From Raillietiella orientalis (lineage: Eukaryota): 64,000 nt of DNA. The position numbers were made by a program, and so were the translations under genes. Positions 38,731-52,602 of the stretch are shown one piece after another (within the stretch, counting starts at the first letter, position 1; every line of letters starts with the position of its first letter). The notes under the pieces are model-generated. The model did not search any database. It worked only from the letters and a program-made list of their open reading frames with translations, and was not told the origin of the DNA. Location of the stretch: contig JAYWIR010000001.1 of assembly GCA_036172245.1 (NCBI GenBank), positions 4,340,001-4,404,000 on the forward strand, in the 5' to 3' direction.

Positions 38731-40469
38731 GTAGGCTTCTACCAGCGCGGGGCTGTCATGGGGTGGGGAAGAAAGGCGTGGGAGGAGGACGGAGGACTGC
38801 AGGTCCTGAGCAAAAAAGGTGCAGGTCGAAGAGGATTCCGCTGTCGAAGAGGATTCCGATTTCCTCCGTCCCTCGCCCAGCGAGGAGGCGAGTGGACGGC
38901 TGCACTCAGGCTCCGGAGCTTCCGTGGCGGAGGGAGAGGACAAGGAAGGATGGCGATGACGAATCCCAGGGACGACCGCTTCAGGTGTGCCACCAAGCGG
39001 TGACTCCCAAGCGGTGTTCACTATTGGGGAAGAATGGGGCGGAAGAGGCACGTAAGCTTCACGGAAAGCAAGACTTTTCGAAGATGGCGTTTCCCTGGAC
39101 AGCAACCTTCTCTTCTCCGGAAGGTCTTTACGGGTCTTTACCGTCCTAGGTCCCGCTGCCGCCGCGACTGCCGCGCTGCGCGTCAAGGAAAGGGTGGGGA
39201 GGAGGCAGGAAGAAGCGGGATCTTCGTGGATGCGGGACTTCCGGTGCCTCAGGAACGGACCCGGGGGGAGGGAAAGGGGACAACTTCGATTCGCCCTTCG
39301 GAAGCCGGAAGGAATTCGAGCGACTGAAGCTCCCCTGGATCTCTCCAAGGCCGAAAAGAAGGAATCTGCCCTCCTTTCCGTCTCTGCAGCAACTGCAGCG
39401 AGCCTGTAGGTCGCTTCTCGCGTGGCGACGGTCGATTTTGGGGTGGTTTAGTAGGGGAGTCGGCATTGCAGAAACATGGCGAGGGTGAAGGGGACAGTAG
39501 ATGCAGTTCCAGTTGACGAGCAGCTGGCCGAGTTCCACCCTGTTGCTCTTAAAACATGCAGATGACCGGCTGGCCGATGTCTCTGGTCGGCGACCTTCAG
39601 CACGATCTTTACTCTTTTTTTCCCCTCCCTTTGTTCCTGCTCCCCCACCAGAAATGTCCACCGGGTCCCCCGTCTCTCATCGTTGACCCCGAACCGCTTT
39701 CCGGACGCTCGAGCAGCGTGGTGTCCCTGACGGCAGGTATCCCTCTGCTCCTGGCCGTCCTAGTCCTCTTTCGAAGAGGACTCGACCGAAGGACCGCTCC
39801 CGCGGGAAGATTTTTTCCTTACGATGGCCATTTGGTCACGTGCTACTCATTTTCCCAGGACAGGGCCGCTCGCGTCCGACGTAACGTGCCTTAGCGGGTA
39901 ACGTGTCTTCTCGCCGGCGCTGCGCCGCCCTGTCCGGAAGGAGCAGAAGCGTCTCGAGGTCGGCTCTGATCCGCGCGCGTGGGCGGGAGAGATCGATCGG
40001 CCGCTTGCAACCACGGCGGAATTAGTTTTGGCTGGACAGATTTCCTTTCCCTCCTCCCCACCCCTCCCGGCCAACGCTCTCTCCCGGGAGGCGAGGAACC
40101 GCAGCGTGCAAGAAGAAAGCCTAAGACCTACAATGCACACGCCGTGAAGGGAAGACGGAGAACGGAGGTGACGCACGGAACCAAGTCCGCGGTGGCGGGA
40201 TCGATTCCCGGACGCGTCCTTGGAAACACCTGACTTGGCTGCCCGCCAAAAGGACGGCGGAACTTTCCCATCAATCCCGTGTTTCGTTGTTCGCGCGGCT
40301 TCCGCTCCCGTCATCAACTGACCGCCAGTCGTCCTCCTCGAAAACAAACTCTCTCTGTTTTCTCGTGTTCTCTTTTGCAATGAACGCCGCGTGTGTTGGC
40401 ACTGGAACTGCCCTTCCTCTCCCACCCACAGCTCCGGCACAGTTTAGAGGCTATGGATAAATCCAGGTG

Positions 40470-41340
40470 ACATCCCAAGATTTTCCCTGTACAAGTCGAC
40501 ATGACCATGTAGCAGCGTTGGCGACGGCGGTCTTGGACTCTGGGAATGTGTCCGTACCCGTATCCCTCCCCTACATGAGTGTGGGGAACGCTATCCGAAG
40601 CCCGCAGGTCCGAGAGAAGGGATCGTTTCTTCCGCTTCTGGAGAACGAGATCAGTAGCGAACTTGGCGCTCTGCGACTTGGTCCCTCCCCACCGAGAGAG
40701 CGGCGTGCGCCGTCTTATAACGTTCTTCAGCCGTGGGAAACGCCTCAGACGAAGGCGGCAGATCCCCGTACGTTTTGCGTTCCGGGAACGGCCGACTTCG
40801 AGAGACTCGGCGCTGCTAGAAGCAGCCGCTGCCGAAAACTTGCCAAGGTCGAGGAGGATCCAGGAAGACCCCACGAGCGCAGAAATCCTCCGTCGAGACG
40901 CACCACCGCGGAATCTGGGACAGGAACTGCAGCAGCAGTCTCGTATTGACTTCACCCGAAGACCGCCTTTCCACCGCCGGCTCGCTTGCAGCGTCACACG
41001 AAAGCGAAGCCATTCTCGTTCGAAAGTGCAGGTTTCCAGGGTGAACCCATCGCGGCGTCTTTCCTCAGGGGATGTGCTGATGCTTATCGCAGAAGATTCA
41101 TTAATTCAAATGGTAAAATTCGCAGCTGAAAGAATAGCTGCGTGTGCCGCGCCAAGCAGCCCCGATAAAAGGAGTGGTACAGACCAGATGTGCTTCCTCG
41201 AAGGTCGCTCCGTTCGATCAGCAGCAGCGTCATGTGCTTCCAATGAGCTCTCCCTGCGACATGCAGCGCTCGGTGGAAGCGTTCCGTACAGCAACACTTC
41301 CGTCTGTAGGAGGTTCCTCACGCACTCTGTGGATGTTGCT
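40470..41340 (+). mobile_element. Possible Ty3/Gypsy RT/RNase H relic (intron 3)
   Basis: NVLQPWETPQTKAADPRTF (~AI..W.TP.T.K..R.F), DFTRRPPF, RRFLTHSVD. Confidence 0.35.
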
Positions 41341-41459
41341 GGCTGCAATTTATCCACCACGCGTGCACCAGACGCCTGCCTGCTCTCGACAACACTCTCG
41401 CACCAGCGGTGGTGTCGGGGGTTGGAACGTGAGAAACACTTCAGTCGGTTTCAAGGTCC

Positions 41460-42900
41460 ACTCCGGAGTCAGTGAGCCTCGTGTAATGGCGATATTTTGC
41501 TTCCGATTTGGAGAGCGTGAAGTGAACTTCCGCCTGCGTGACCTTTCGTAACTCTCAAGGGTCGACCGAAGCTCAGGATATCTCCCAAATGTGGTTACTC
41601 CACACCTGGGAGAGTAGGGGATAGCAATTTCCCAAGGAGCACAGGAGGCGAGGGAGCGATCCTAACCAAGGACCACGGTCCTTCGAGAACATCAACCGCT
41701 TTGGAAGAGATAGCAGTTGCCATAAAAGTAATGAATAGAGACCACTGTCCGACAGTTTCAATGAGCAAGGTCCCGCGGAGCTTTCGAGAATGTGTTGGGC
41801 AGCACCCTACCTTATGTCAGATCTGAAATAAAGTCCAGTCCTTGTGAAACACACATCGCACAATTGAGCATACAGTTCACAAATGAAGTTAGCACCCTTC
41901 TTGCGATCCCATCCTTCCATACCTGCAACTGCGTCTTCGGTTCCATCAGTGCGGCATTTCCAGTCATGAGTTCACTTCCATGAAGGATGGTGTCGATGGT
42001 GATCTTTGTGAAAACGAGCTGCTACCGGTATGCTCAAATTCAGATGGGCGATTGAATTTTTTCTACTTTTCCACTGTTCCTTCCCAAACATGCCACGAGT
42101 GATGCAGCAGCACATACGTGGAAATCGAAACGCGCTTTTCAAAGCAACAAAGATGTCCTTTGTTTCCATTCAATTTGGAGAGAACGCGGCACTTGGTTAC
42201 TCATTTATCACGTTCCAGTGCTTTTATTGGCATTATGCTCACCCTCATGAATTGACAATATCGATGAACGTTTCTTTTTGAAAGGCGATACTTTCAAGTA
42301 GTTTGCATATGCATCAGCGACACAAAAACAGAATATTGTAAACAGAAGAGACACTTACAACAAAATTACCGTTAAGATTTTTCTTTCTTTATTTCCTTCT
42401 TTCTTCTACTTCTTGTTTTTTTTTTTTTGGTTTTTTTGCTTTGTTTTTTTTTTTGCCGGAAATTTCACGTTTCTCTTAAATCGAAAGTGGATGGCCATGC
42501 GTGCAACAGCATGAATTAAAAGAAAATGATATGCGATAGCCCGACAGCGTTGCTTGCATGTAGGCTTGTTTTGCCCACAAAATGGCCGCCAGACACTCCA
42601 ACACCATGGTTACTCTCACTAAACAGCGATTGCCTGCAAATGAGAATGCGGTTCCGTGCCTATCGGCGAGCTCCGGGAAACTCAGGCTGCAACAGTAGCA
42701 CTGACGCAAGCATTGTTGATGTATTGATTTTTTCCCGAGGTGCGGGTTCTCCTGTTTCCCGACAGCATTATGTACTCTCATTTGTTAGAGATTCTAGAGG
42801 CGGAAACCTGCTGCTTAATTCTCGAGCCGTCTCATTAGCCTCTTACACTCTGGTTACTGTGATAACGAATTTAAAACTTACTCCATTGGAAAACCTTACT
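41460..42900 (-). mobile_element. Possible hAT (Charlie-like) transposase relic, AT-rich
   Basis: CCTHGHPL, FIDIVNS (~VKIVNF), LVFTKIT, CYPLLSQV, KYRHYTRLTD (~K.RSRLTD), with many stops. Confidence 0.35.
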
Positions 42901-43933
42901 CAAGCATGCAATCTGTATCTTCACGAACTTTTTAACTGGACTGTTGAGCGCAATGAAACTTTATTTGATGAAGACGAAGAAATACCTTTCCCCTCCCCCT
43001 TCCTTGATCGTATCTCACAGAAGGACATGTTTGGTAGTTTTGTAGTGTGATGAAGAGAACAAGCTGGAGAACAACAGTGCAGGAGAATCCATCCGAGGTA
43101 GTGCAAGTAACAGGGCAAGATCTTTTGATGGTTCTCTACTCTTACAAAGTTTCATGTCTACTCCGTGTTGACGCTGTCAGAGCAGAGATGCATGGGTAGC
43201 CACGATTTCCGTCTCGCGTTTGTTCTCGTGCCTCATTAGGAACCTTTTTTCGTGTACGCGAACGGTCCTACCGATGCATAGTCTTCTCGTTTCAGAGCAA
43301 GGTTCTAGGACGTACGGAGGGAGGGGGAGGGCATTCGGGAAGCGTTCCGGTGCCCTGGTTCCGGCGCACTCTTCTTAGCTAAGGAAACCGCCGCGATCCG
43401 AAAATGGAAGCGAGCGCGCGTAGCTAAAATTAGATTGCGACGCCCGCTGGCGGCAGCGTAGAGAGGCGCGCATCGGCTGCCTAGCGATCCGCTCTCGCGT
43501 TTCCTGTTCCCCCCGTCCGAACGGGCGCGCCCCCCTGCTCAGGAGGGAAAGGGGCGGCAGCAGCGGTAGAGGAAGGGAGGAGCTACCAAACAGGCACGCA
43601 CGGTTCCACTTGCCTTCCTCAGTTCGCGTCTTCTCCCCTCCCTCCCCTCCCCTTCTTCTTCTTCCATGAGTGGGCAGCGGTTGGGCGGCCGGCCAGTGGG
43701 ATGGCGGGAGTCCCTACTTCTTCCTCGTTCTCGCCTCAGGGGGTCAGCGATCCCCGAGCGCTCCCGGTGCGGCAGCGCCCCCTTCATCTCTTTCTTCAAG
43801 GACGCAAAGCTGCGGCAACGAGACCGCACGCGCTCTCGCTCCTCCCTCTCCCCTTCCCGCCCTGCCGCGCCTGCTCCCTGCGCTTGAGGCACGCACGCCT
43901 TTGGCCCGGAACTCAAGAAAAATTGCTTTCCAG

Positions 43934-44018
43934 GGGCTTCGGGTTCGTCACATTCTCTGAGCCGGACAGCGTCGACAAAGTGCTGAACCACACCGTCCAC
44001 GAACTCGACGGGAAGAAG
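43934..44018 (+). CDS. msi: msi exon 4 (GFGFVTFSEPDSVDKVLNHTVHELDGKK; RRM1 RNP1)
   Basis: ttgctttccag acceptor; AAG|gtaagg donor; 85 nt. Confidence 0.97.
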
Positions 44019-44392
44019 GTAAGGAGCCATTCCCGATCCGTTCGGGGAGACCTCCCTTCCAGGCACCCTCCCACCTCCCCAGAACGTTCTCTGGCCTATT
44101 CGGAGGTGCCCAGCGGCAGCGATGGATTTTCGCTTTGACCGCCGGCTGCCCTCCGCACTTCGCAGAGCGCGCCTGCCAGCCGCCCCCTCCCCGCCTCCAC
44201 TTCCTTCTCGAGGCACGTGGTCGACCTCAGGGAGGTCGACCTAGACGGAGGTCAGGGAGGTTCACTAGGCTCCCTCCCCACGCTGCTGCACCTACTCTCC
44301 CACCCTCTCTTCCCAGTGTCGCCGGGAATCCTGGGGGGCCTTTCGCTCTTTGTGATGTTTTCGCTCCTTTCTCATGAATCCATGTGTTTCAG

Positions 44393-44434
44393 ATTGACCC
44401 CAAAATCGCATTCCCCAGGAAGGCCCATCCCAAG
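44393..44434 (+). CDS. msi: msi exon 5 (IDPKIAFPRKAHPK)
   Basis: tgtgtttcag acceptor; AAG|gtaaga donor; 42 nt. Confidence 0.96.
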
Positions 44435-45549
44435 GTAAGACCGTGGAGTCAGCGCGTCGCTGCGCGGGTGATTTCGAATGGCGGGTTTTTCTGACGATGC
44501 GGGACGGGCGCCGGGAAGAAGTTTCTTGGTCCCCTTCTCCGGCATCGGGAGGACTCCCTGAGTGCTCGTCCACCGTGGCTCCCGGGATAACGCTCAGGGA
44601 ATGGGGAGGAGCGGTCTCGTGCAGACGAACTCATGGGTCCAGGTCACTTTCCTTCCCTTTTCGATTTTGACGGAGCTACAGCCAGCGAGTGGCATTGTCT
44701 CTATGGAAACGCGGCGCAGGCGCGTGCTTCTCACTCCCTCTTCCCGGAGTCCCCTTCCCTCCGTCTTCCAGGACACCCGCCGAGAAATACTCCTTGCCTG
44801 TCTTCCATCGAGTCGTCGAGAGCTCCCGGAGAACTTCAGGCGAGACACCACAGCTCCCGGTTTCCGCAGCAACAGAGGACTCGCGAGCGTTTTTAGACCC
44901 AAGAGTCTCTTCGCATGACCGCCTCAGGTGGTAGCACATCCTGAGAATGAAGTGCTCGATCGTGAAGAATTAGGGGAGAAGGGAGGGGGAGGTGGCAACG
45001 CTCGAGGGTAGCAGTAGTAGTTGATGTGCACTTCCAGGCGAAGGGGCATCACACATCCCTTCTCTCCGCCGCCCCTTGCCTGCCAAGCTCTCCCACAAGA
45101 AGTCGTTTCTGAGTCTTCTCCATGAGGCTCCTAGATACATCCCGAGGGCAGGCGGTGTAGTTCCTCCTCCTCGAGTCCACCATTCGATCTCGGTCTTGGG
45201 TTATCTACCTCCCAGCCTCCGGTTTCTCGCTTTCCCTCTTCTCGCTGTGTGGCGAAACAAGGCCTCCGAAGCCGCCTCCTCAGTTTTCCCCGTCTTTCAA
45301 AAGTGGTGCGTCCTATGGCTCTTCCTTCTCTGCGTTTCCTTGGATCGGCTCCGGTGAAAGCACTGCCTCAGCCCACGTCAGCCGAGCACCGTCTCCGCAG
45401 ATCCAGAATCCCTCCCCCGCCAGTGCTGCTACTCTTCGCTTTACTCTCTGGGAATCCTTGAATCGAACGGTCAGGCGAGTGTTCAGCCATCTGTGGAGGA
45501 GCTTGAGAACTTTTGTGTGAGTTGGTTCGCGAGACAGACGCCAGGGGCA

Positions 45550-47100
45550 GACGAGTGCTCGTGGTTCTGATCCTTTTGCGAAGCTGCTCCTGCCGGTCGG
45601 CTGACTTCCGTGTCTGTGACGTCCTCTACGATGTAGTGGGGCTTCCACATTAGCGCCGAGTTTGCTTTTTGCGTTACTCCACATGACCCTACAGGAAGGC
45701 AGCCGAGGTTTTCCTGCTATCCACGCTTCAATCTCTCTCTCTCGCTCTCCTGACCATACTCCACCTGTCCCCTGAAAATCCCTTGCGAAAACCCATGAAG
45801 CTCCAAACAAGCTCTGAAGACGTTCAAAAAGAGCTCGCGCTTCACGTTTGGTGCACGTGCATAAGTGGGGAACTGCCTCAGGGCGCCACCTTTCTCTTCG
45901 AAGATGAACATGGTTTTTTGAGTGCTAGCGTTCGACTTTTTGCTGCATCCTTCAAACCAAACGGAAGGTCACTTTTACTATTACTCTTCGGAGACCCTGA
46001 GATCGTCATAAAGCTCCGGCTGTATTCGCGTTTCCTCTGCTTCTGTTGCGCAGACGCTGCCTCTCACCTTCAGGAGCTGTCTCTGTTTTCTGGGTTTTCC
46101 CAGGGCCCTCGATCGGACAGTCCGGGAGAGGAGGGGACCAAATTCATTCACCTGGTCCATTTTACTCCTCGTCTTCTTTTTCTGCTGGTATGGATGCATC
46201 TCCAGACCGGACTATGGGGCGCCGCTCCTTCGGCATCTTCATCTTCATAGGCTCATGTCTGGCATTCAGGAGGTTGGGGGGCTCAGAACTAGGAGAATCC
46301 CGGTGATCGCAGCCCCTGGTGGCTCTGCATGCAGAGGAGGGAAACGTGTTGACACTTTGGATGGACAGTCGTTTGGGCTTCCCTATGCCGCCCACCTTCC
46401 CGTCCTCCTGCTTTCTACGGCAAGAGGATGCAAAGGAAAACACTGCACAGGAGGTCCTTGGTGAGGTTGGAGCAACGCCGCAGGACTCATGCTGTTTTTT
46501 TTTTTCTCCTGCTTCGCCCAAGAAAACTTCCTTTCCCTACTCCGGTTCCGTCGCGTGCTCCGCTGCCGCCACCGCGACATCGTCCAACTCAGCCGAGAAC
46601 GTCCGACGCCTGCGGCGAACGGACGGGGTCACTGGGGCCGGCCGACTGCCTCGCGTGGTCGGAGCTTTCCTCTCAGACAAAGAGATCATGGAGCACCTGT
46701 CCTCATCTCGATCCGAGCTGCGACTGTCCCCTCTCTCCTTCCTTTTTGTCCTCCCGTGCGTCGATAACCAGCGCGAGAAGCTCACTCGAGCGACGCCTGC
46801 GGCTCCGAGCGTCCGAACAGAGCAGGTCGCTTTCTCCCCCTCCTCGAGAAAACAAATCACGCGTCATTTCGGAGATCACAATGTCGTCATCGCAACCGCG
46901 GAACCCGATGGACAAGGACCGTTCCCGGTCGCCGGCTCAGGGGAGGAGGTGGAGAATGAGGGAAGAGACGGCACTTATCTTACTCTTCTCCTTCTGGATG
47001 CGACAGTCGAAGAAAGGGCGCCCGCGTCTTTCCGTCCTACAGATGCACATCTTGTGGCGGGAACTGCAAGAGCGAAAGTAAAAACCAAGCGCCGTGCCCC
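45550..47100 (+). mobile_element. Decayed Ty3/Gypsy RNase H plus integrase (intron 5)
   Basis: QKELALHVWC...QGATFLFEDEHGFL...CADAASHL (~EKELLA.VWA..L.G..F..TDH.PL...ADALSRL); then VRTEQVAFSPSSRKQITRHFGDH in ORF 46319..47302. RH-then-IN order indicates Gypsy. Confidence 0.65.
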
Positions 47101-50100
47101 TGACTTCCTCTTTCAAGCCACTTTGCCGCTGTCCCTAATCGGAGGGTCCTCTCTTTGGGCAGCCGACACTGCGGACCGGATCTGTCCGGCTTGCATCTCC
47201 ATCTTTTCCATTTCGCATACGGGAGGGAGGGGGGATGAGGCTTATCGAGGTGCACCTTCAGTCACCCTAGAAGGCCAGAGCGCTCGTATAGGACGCTCTT
47301 AGACAGTCCACGATGAGTAGCTGATCGGCGTGACAGAGACCGGTTCTGCACGCCTCTCGCGGTCGTTTCCCTCAAGCAGCGTTCCGCTCTCCACAGCAAC
47401 CCCTTGCATTTGGGAGCTCGTATTTCCCGTGTGGAGGAGGGAGATCCCTCTTACTTCTCCCGTAACGGAGACGACAGCCCTCTTCTTTCTCTCCCTCTCC
47501 CATCTCAAAGCGATCTCTTAGCGTCTGGAAAGTGCTGGAGGCGCTCAGCGGCCGCCGGGACAGAGAAACCTGCCTGTCTCCTTTAGGTGAGTTGCTGGGA
47601 GGATGCGGAAGCAGAGAGCTATCTCCTTCCGTCCCACCAGGAAATGGAGGCGGCACGCTGGACTAAAACCCCTGCAGCGATAAGCGTGGGTCGGCTATCT
47701 ACCGGTTCTCCCACCGTTCCCTATGCTCGCGGGAGCTGCTGATGCCCGCTCACGCGAAGGTTGCTTTTTCCGCCCGCAGGCTGGACATTCCGTACGGGGG
47801 GTCTCGACCCCCTCCGCCTCCACCTCAGGATTCGCATTTCCGCATTCGGTACTGGCGGCCAGACGACCTTCGCCCTTTTAATCACTTTCCCGCGTTCGAC
47901 CCTGAAGGGGACAGGCTCACTGCGGAGACTCCTCGCCCTTTTCGCACTATTCCCCACGGAAAGGGAGGGGAGGGATAGAGGATATGATGAACTGTCCTGG
48001 ACTGTGGCGATCCTGATCGGCCGCTTTCGGCTCACTCATTGATGAGGGGGAAGGGACGCGGCAGATGAGGCCGGAGGGGATGTCGCTTTCCCCGTTACCG
48101 TAGGTCCGAACATCTTCGTTGAATCGCACTGGGAGCGATCCTGCCCCTTTTCGCCGCCTCGCGGCGGACTAGAGAAACAGCGCGACCAAGAGCACGAGAA
48201 GGTGTCTCGCCACAGGGCAGGCGCCACTCCTGACCTCCTCCTCTGATCTCCTGCTCCATTGCTAGGCTCCGGGATTCGCAGCAGCTGCCTCTGTCCTTTG
48301 CGGAAGGAAGGATGATGAAACAAGCCTGCCGCCTCCTCTTTCTCTCCTTTCCCCTCCTTCCTTTCCCAGCATTCCCTTCGCCTCTCATAGTCCCCCCCCC
48401 TTCCTTGCGATGTGAATCCTTTCCGCTAGTTGACATCCGAGAAGAAAACCTGCGCCTTCCCGTCTGACGCGATGGAGGCATGGAACCGACGAAGAAACCC
48501 TGGTGAAGGAGAAAGAAACATCCGGGAAACAAAAGATCCAGGATGAATCTCTGTGCAAGAGAGATCGAAGGAGCGAGTCCGTCCTCCTCTCGCCGTCCCT
48601 CAAGAGGGGGGGGGATCACCTGCTTGCATGTCCTCAGGGCTCTTTAGGAGAGCTTGTGGAGGAAACCCTCGCGGTTCATCCGCATCCCTGGGGCAGCAGT
48701 CGCAGAGCTCCTGGGATAAGCTTGTGAGATCAACCGCGGCTTCTTGCTGAGACCATTTCTGGCAAGGAAAGTATGGAGCGTTCCGACCAGACCACGGGAA
48801 CGCTCTGGAGCTCTCTAACGGGACCGAGTGGGTAGTGACCGCTTTACTCTCGTGCGCGCCATTCCAAGAGAGATCATACGGATAGTTGCACCACCGAAGT
48901 GTATCCACCCACCATCCCCGCTCCCTTTTCTTTGTGTGTGTTCCACTTTTAAATGCTGCACCAGAGCAGCGAGACGGCGGCGACTGTCTGCTGCTGTCTG
49001 GCAACCTCGGCGCTGGCCTCTTCCGGGCATGTCTCTTCTCTTTGCACTCACTCACATGCTAAGCACACACAAGGCTCGACTGCCCCTGCCCGGAACTTCG
49101 GAACTCTCCACACGCGTGCACGCCATAATGTCCTCCGCGTCGCACGGAATTGGTTGCTTTCAACGGAAGATGCTTTAATATCGAATTATGAATACATCAT
49201 GAAAGCAGAAAATCGCAATAACTGGTGTGATGGAACCTTTGTGGTTGCATATGATTGGCAATAATCGATTCGGATGATTTCTTTCTGTGTGTTCCTCTCT
49301 TTCGTCGTTTCGTCCTCCTATCAGGCCCATAGTCCGAAAAGCCTCTGTCGTGCAAATCGCACGACCGTCCTACGGATCTGCACCAGGGTTTCGGTGTTGT
49401 TGAACCACAGACCATAATGACCGAGATTATGGTTTGAGATGGTCCTTCGAAAGTCTTTCCAAAGAAACAACAAACAAAAGTTCCAGCACAACACGCGTGC
49501 ATGTTGCAAATGTGTGTAAACAAACATCTTATCGCGATCGTTCGTCCCGTGACCCGACAAACATGGAGCAAAACCACCCAACTCAAACAGCACAACAAGA
49601 TTTCTACCGAGGAGGCGTTGACGACGAACCGCGTCCGGCGAGGAGCCTCGTTGCCACGGAGCGCCATTGTTGAGTCCGATCACGTCAGAGATCGAGGCGT
49701 CCGACGGAAGGCATGGAGAGCGGCTGGTGCCTTCCGTCGGAGGCCCGATTCAGAATCTGCGGCCAAGTTGCAGATAGCATTTTCTAGGATGGCTTTAATT
49801 CGAGTGCCCTTCATGTTGTGAAACTGGATGCATGCACTTTTCATCCTAAGCGAAGGCACAATTACACTGCGTAATGTGAGCTATTAGTTGTTGTTTTAGT
49901 CTAATTTTGCTACGCTCCTGTTTTCACAATGGGTTTCCCAACTCGTTAATTTAAACAGTTGTGTTTTCTTACATCTGATGGATGGATGCATTAAAAGAAA
50001 CATTTTTTCTAATTTCATATGTGTGTATTTTCATTTCAGCCATCGGAGAGATCATATAACTATCTGATTTATTACTCGTGTTTGATTCTGATTGCCAGAG

Positions 50101-51980
50101 TGCAATCCACGGTACTGCTTCCCTTTTTCCCTTGGTAGAAGAATATTTTGACGTTCTGTGAAATCCGTCAACCCGCTGCTTATTAATTTCTCGTTTTGAA
50201 GAATCTCCATAGCAAGGTCTTCGGATTCTGTTTCCATTGCTTTATTAGTACAGTTGATGAACATCGGAAGACAACGAGAATTGAAGAAAAAAAAAGAAGG
50301 GAAAAAGACTCCGCGTCCACACACTCAAATGGAAAGTGTTTAGCCTGCAGCTTTCTGACATGCTCCGGGAACTCTATGCCGTCCGTTCCTTTACACGATA
50401 ATGAAGACTTCACTGGCAGGAGGAACCCATTCTCAGTGCTATTGGTGCACCTGTTTCAGCGCCTACTTTGGGAACGGAAAGTCATTTGACCATCGATTGG
50501 GCGTTCCGTGTTGGTTGTTAAATTCGAATTCGTACACTCCATTACTAATTCGTACTGCAAGTGGAGTATGTTCTACTCCAGAGTGCACCTGAAGAGCTCT
50601 GCGGTCGTGTGCTCCTCGGAACCCTCATCCGCAGCCAGTGTTACCGAGCACATTTCGAGAGGACGAATGCACATGGAGAGAGATTGCGAATGGAAGGAAC
50701 TCATATTTTTCTGCAACGCTTTGTTTTCGTGTGTGCGCGTGCGCTTGCGAGCTCCAATGCTGGAATCGCACCAACAACGGAGAGGAAAATCTTGCCGGGA
50801 GTTGAACGCGTGTCTCACTGGTTCCTGGCAATGTCCTTGCGAGTGGTGGCGATGGTGGTGGTGGTTGCTGGACTCGCCTGAGCCTCAGTCGAAGAGCAAG
50901 GGAAGCCCCGAGGAAGGAAGCGAGCGCTCAGTACGAGGTCAAATAGATGTAGAAGAAGGAAAAAACAAAGGGGCTGTAGGAGAAGAAGGAAAAAACGATC
51001 ATCAAGCTGCATTCGAGTTTGCCTGCCAAGAACAAACGAATGGAACTCCTGGAAGGAGGAGGAAGCAACGCATCTGCGAAAGCGAAAAGTCCGAAAACGG
51101 AGGTAACTGGGAGAGGCGTGGCAAAAATACAAAAATACGGAGCCGGTTGCCGTCCCAGATTCGTGCGGAGAGCGTTTGGAGGATGAAGAGAGAGAACTTT
51201 GGCGGTGCACCGCTCTTGGAGTTATGCTTATTAGAGATCAGAGAGATAAACGGGGAGGAAAGAAGCGCGTGCTCCCTGATGGCAAAGAGCGACATCGCCG
51301 CGAGTGGAACAGCCGAGTTAGGGTCGGCTCAGTCGATCATACGCATATCGCTCTTGAGAATGGGACAAGAAGATGAACCGCTTCGGTTACGCTGCAACCT
51401 TCTCCCTCCTCCTCCTTCCACCACATCCCGATCGAGCCACAGAACATGTTGCTGCTTTTGCCCCTCCGAGATTAGAAGCATTTTTGCGCCAACTGGGAAA
51501 CGACGATACGTTGTCTCGTGGAAGCCTGCATGAGTGCACGTAGCGGGGGAGGCGGGCCGCTGTCATTCCGGAGACTTCCGCGTCCTCGGCACCCCACGCG
51601 GGTTCCTCGCGTGGGTCCCTCTGCGCGCGATAATCAGCGCGGTCGCGGCGGACGCGTAGAGTTGCCCAGGAAACCAACGGCTGGCTGTGACCTGGTACCA
51701 GCTCCTCTTCACCCTCCTCTGGGAGAGAAGTCTCTGGCAAACGCGAGAATTGCATGCCCAAAAATCCGCGTTGGCTCTTCCCGTGACCCGCCCTATGCGC
51801 CTCCAGGACCGGCTTCCGAGATAGCGCGCGGACAGAGGGGAGAGGGAGGTCATGCGGCCGGTGCCGAGGTTCACGAAGAGCGCAGGAGAAGCTCCATTTC
51901 CAGCACGGCCTCGTCCCGGCCCTGCTCGCCCGCTTTCGACCCGCCCGGAACATCCTTCCCTGACCTATGTGTTTTTCCAG

Positions 51981-52073
51981 ATGGTGACCAGGACGAAAAA
52001 AGTGTTCGTCGGCGGACTCTCCGCGCCCACCAGCCTTATGGACATCAAGAGCTACTTCGAGCAGTTCGGCAAC
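51981..52073 (+). CDS. msi: msi exon 6 ([34 protein letters not shown]2 RNP2)
   Basis: gtttttccag acceptor; AAC|gtacgc donor; 93 nt. Confidence 0.96.
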
Positions 52074-52175
52074 GTACGCACTTCGGCGGTGGTCGCCACG
52101 GCAACGCCGACCTCCCCCACCACCTACACACGTCCCTCTCTTGCACTCCCTATTTTTTTTTTTTCTGTCTTTCAG

Positions 52176-52224
52176 GTCGAAGACGCGATGCTCATGTTCG
52201 ACAAGCAGACCAGCCGGCACAGAG
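52176..52224 (+). CDS. msi: msi exon 7 ([16 protein letters not shown])
   Basis: Poly-T tract plus ctttcag acceptor; G|gtcagc donor; 49 nt. Confidence 0.96.
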
Positions 52225-52519
52225 GTCAGCTCGCGCGACCCGCCTCGGGCGCCACCACGCTTCCCGGACAACGTCGCCCTTCCGCCAGAGTCCCCGAGCC
52301 CCGGTGAAAGGGGCTGACACGGCCCTGGTGACGCCCAGGAGGCATCGTGGCGTCCTTGCGCTTTCCCCCTTTCAGGGTCTCCCGGGCGGAGACCCTTCGC
52401 GCGTTCCTCCCCTTTCGCCCCAGCTTTCATGGGCGGGGTTGGGGGAGATAGTGACCTTCCCTCTCCCTGCTCGCCCTGGAGGGAGCGCGCTAATGCCCCC
52501 CCTCTCTCGTGCTCTTCAG

Positions 52520-52602
52520 GGTTCGGCTTCGTGACCTTCGAGAGCGAAGAGGTTGTGGATAAGGTCTGCGAGATCCACTATCACGAGATCAACAACAAGA
52601 TG
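52520..52602 (+). CDS. msi: msi exon 8 ([31 protein letters not shown]2 RNP1)
   Basis: gctcttcag acceptor; ATG|gtgagt donor; 83 nt. Confidence 0.97.
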
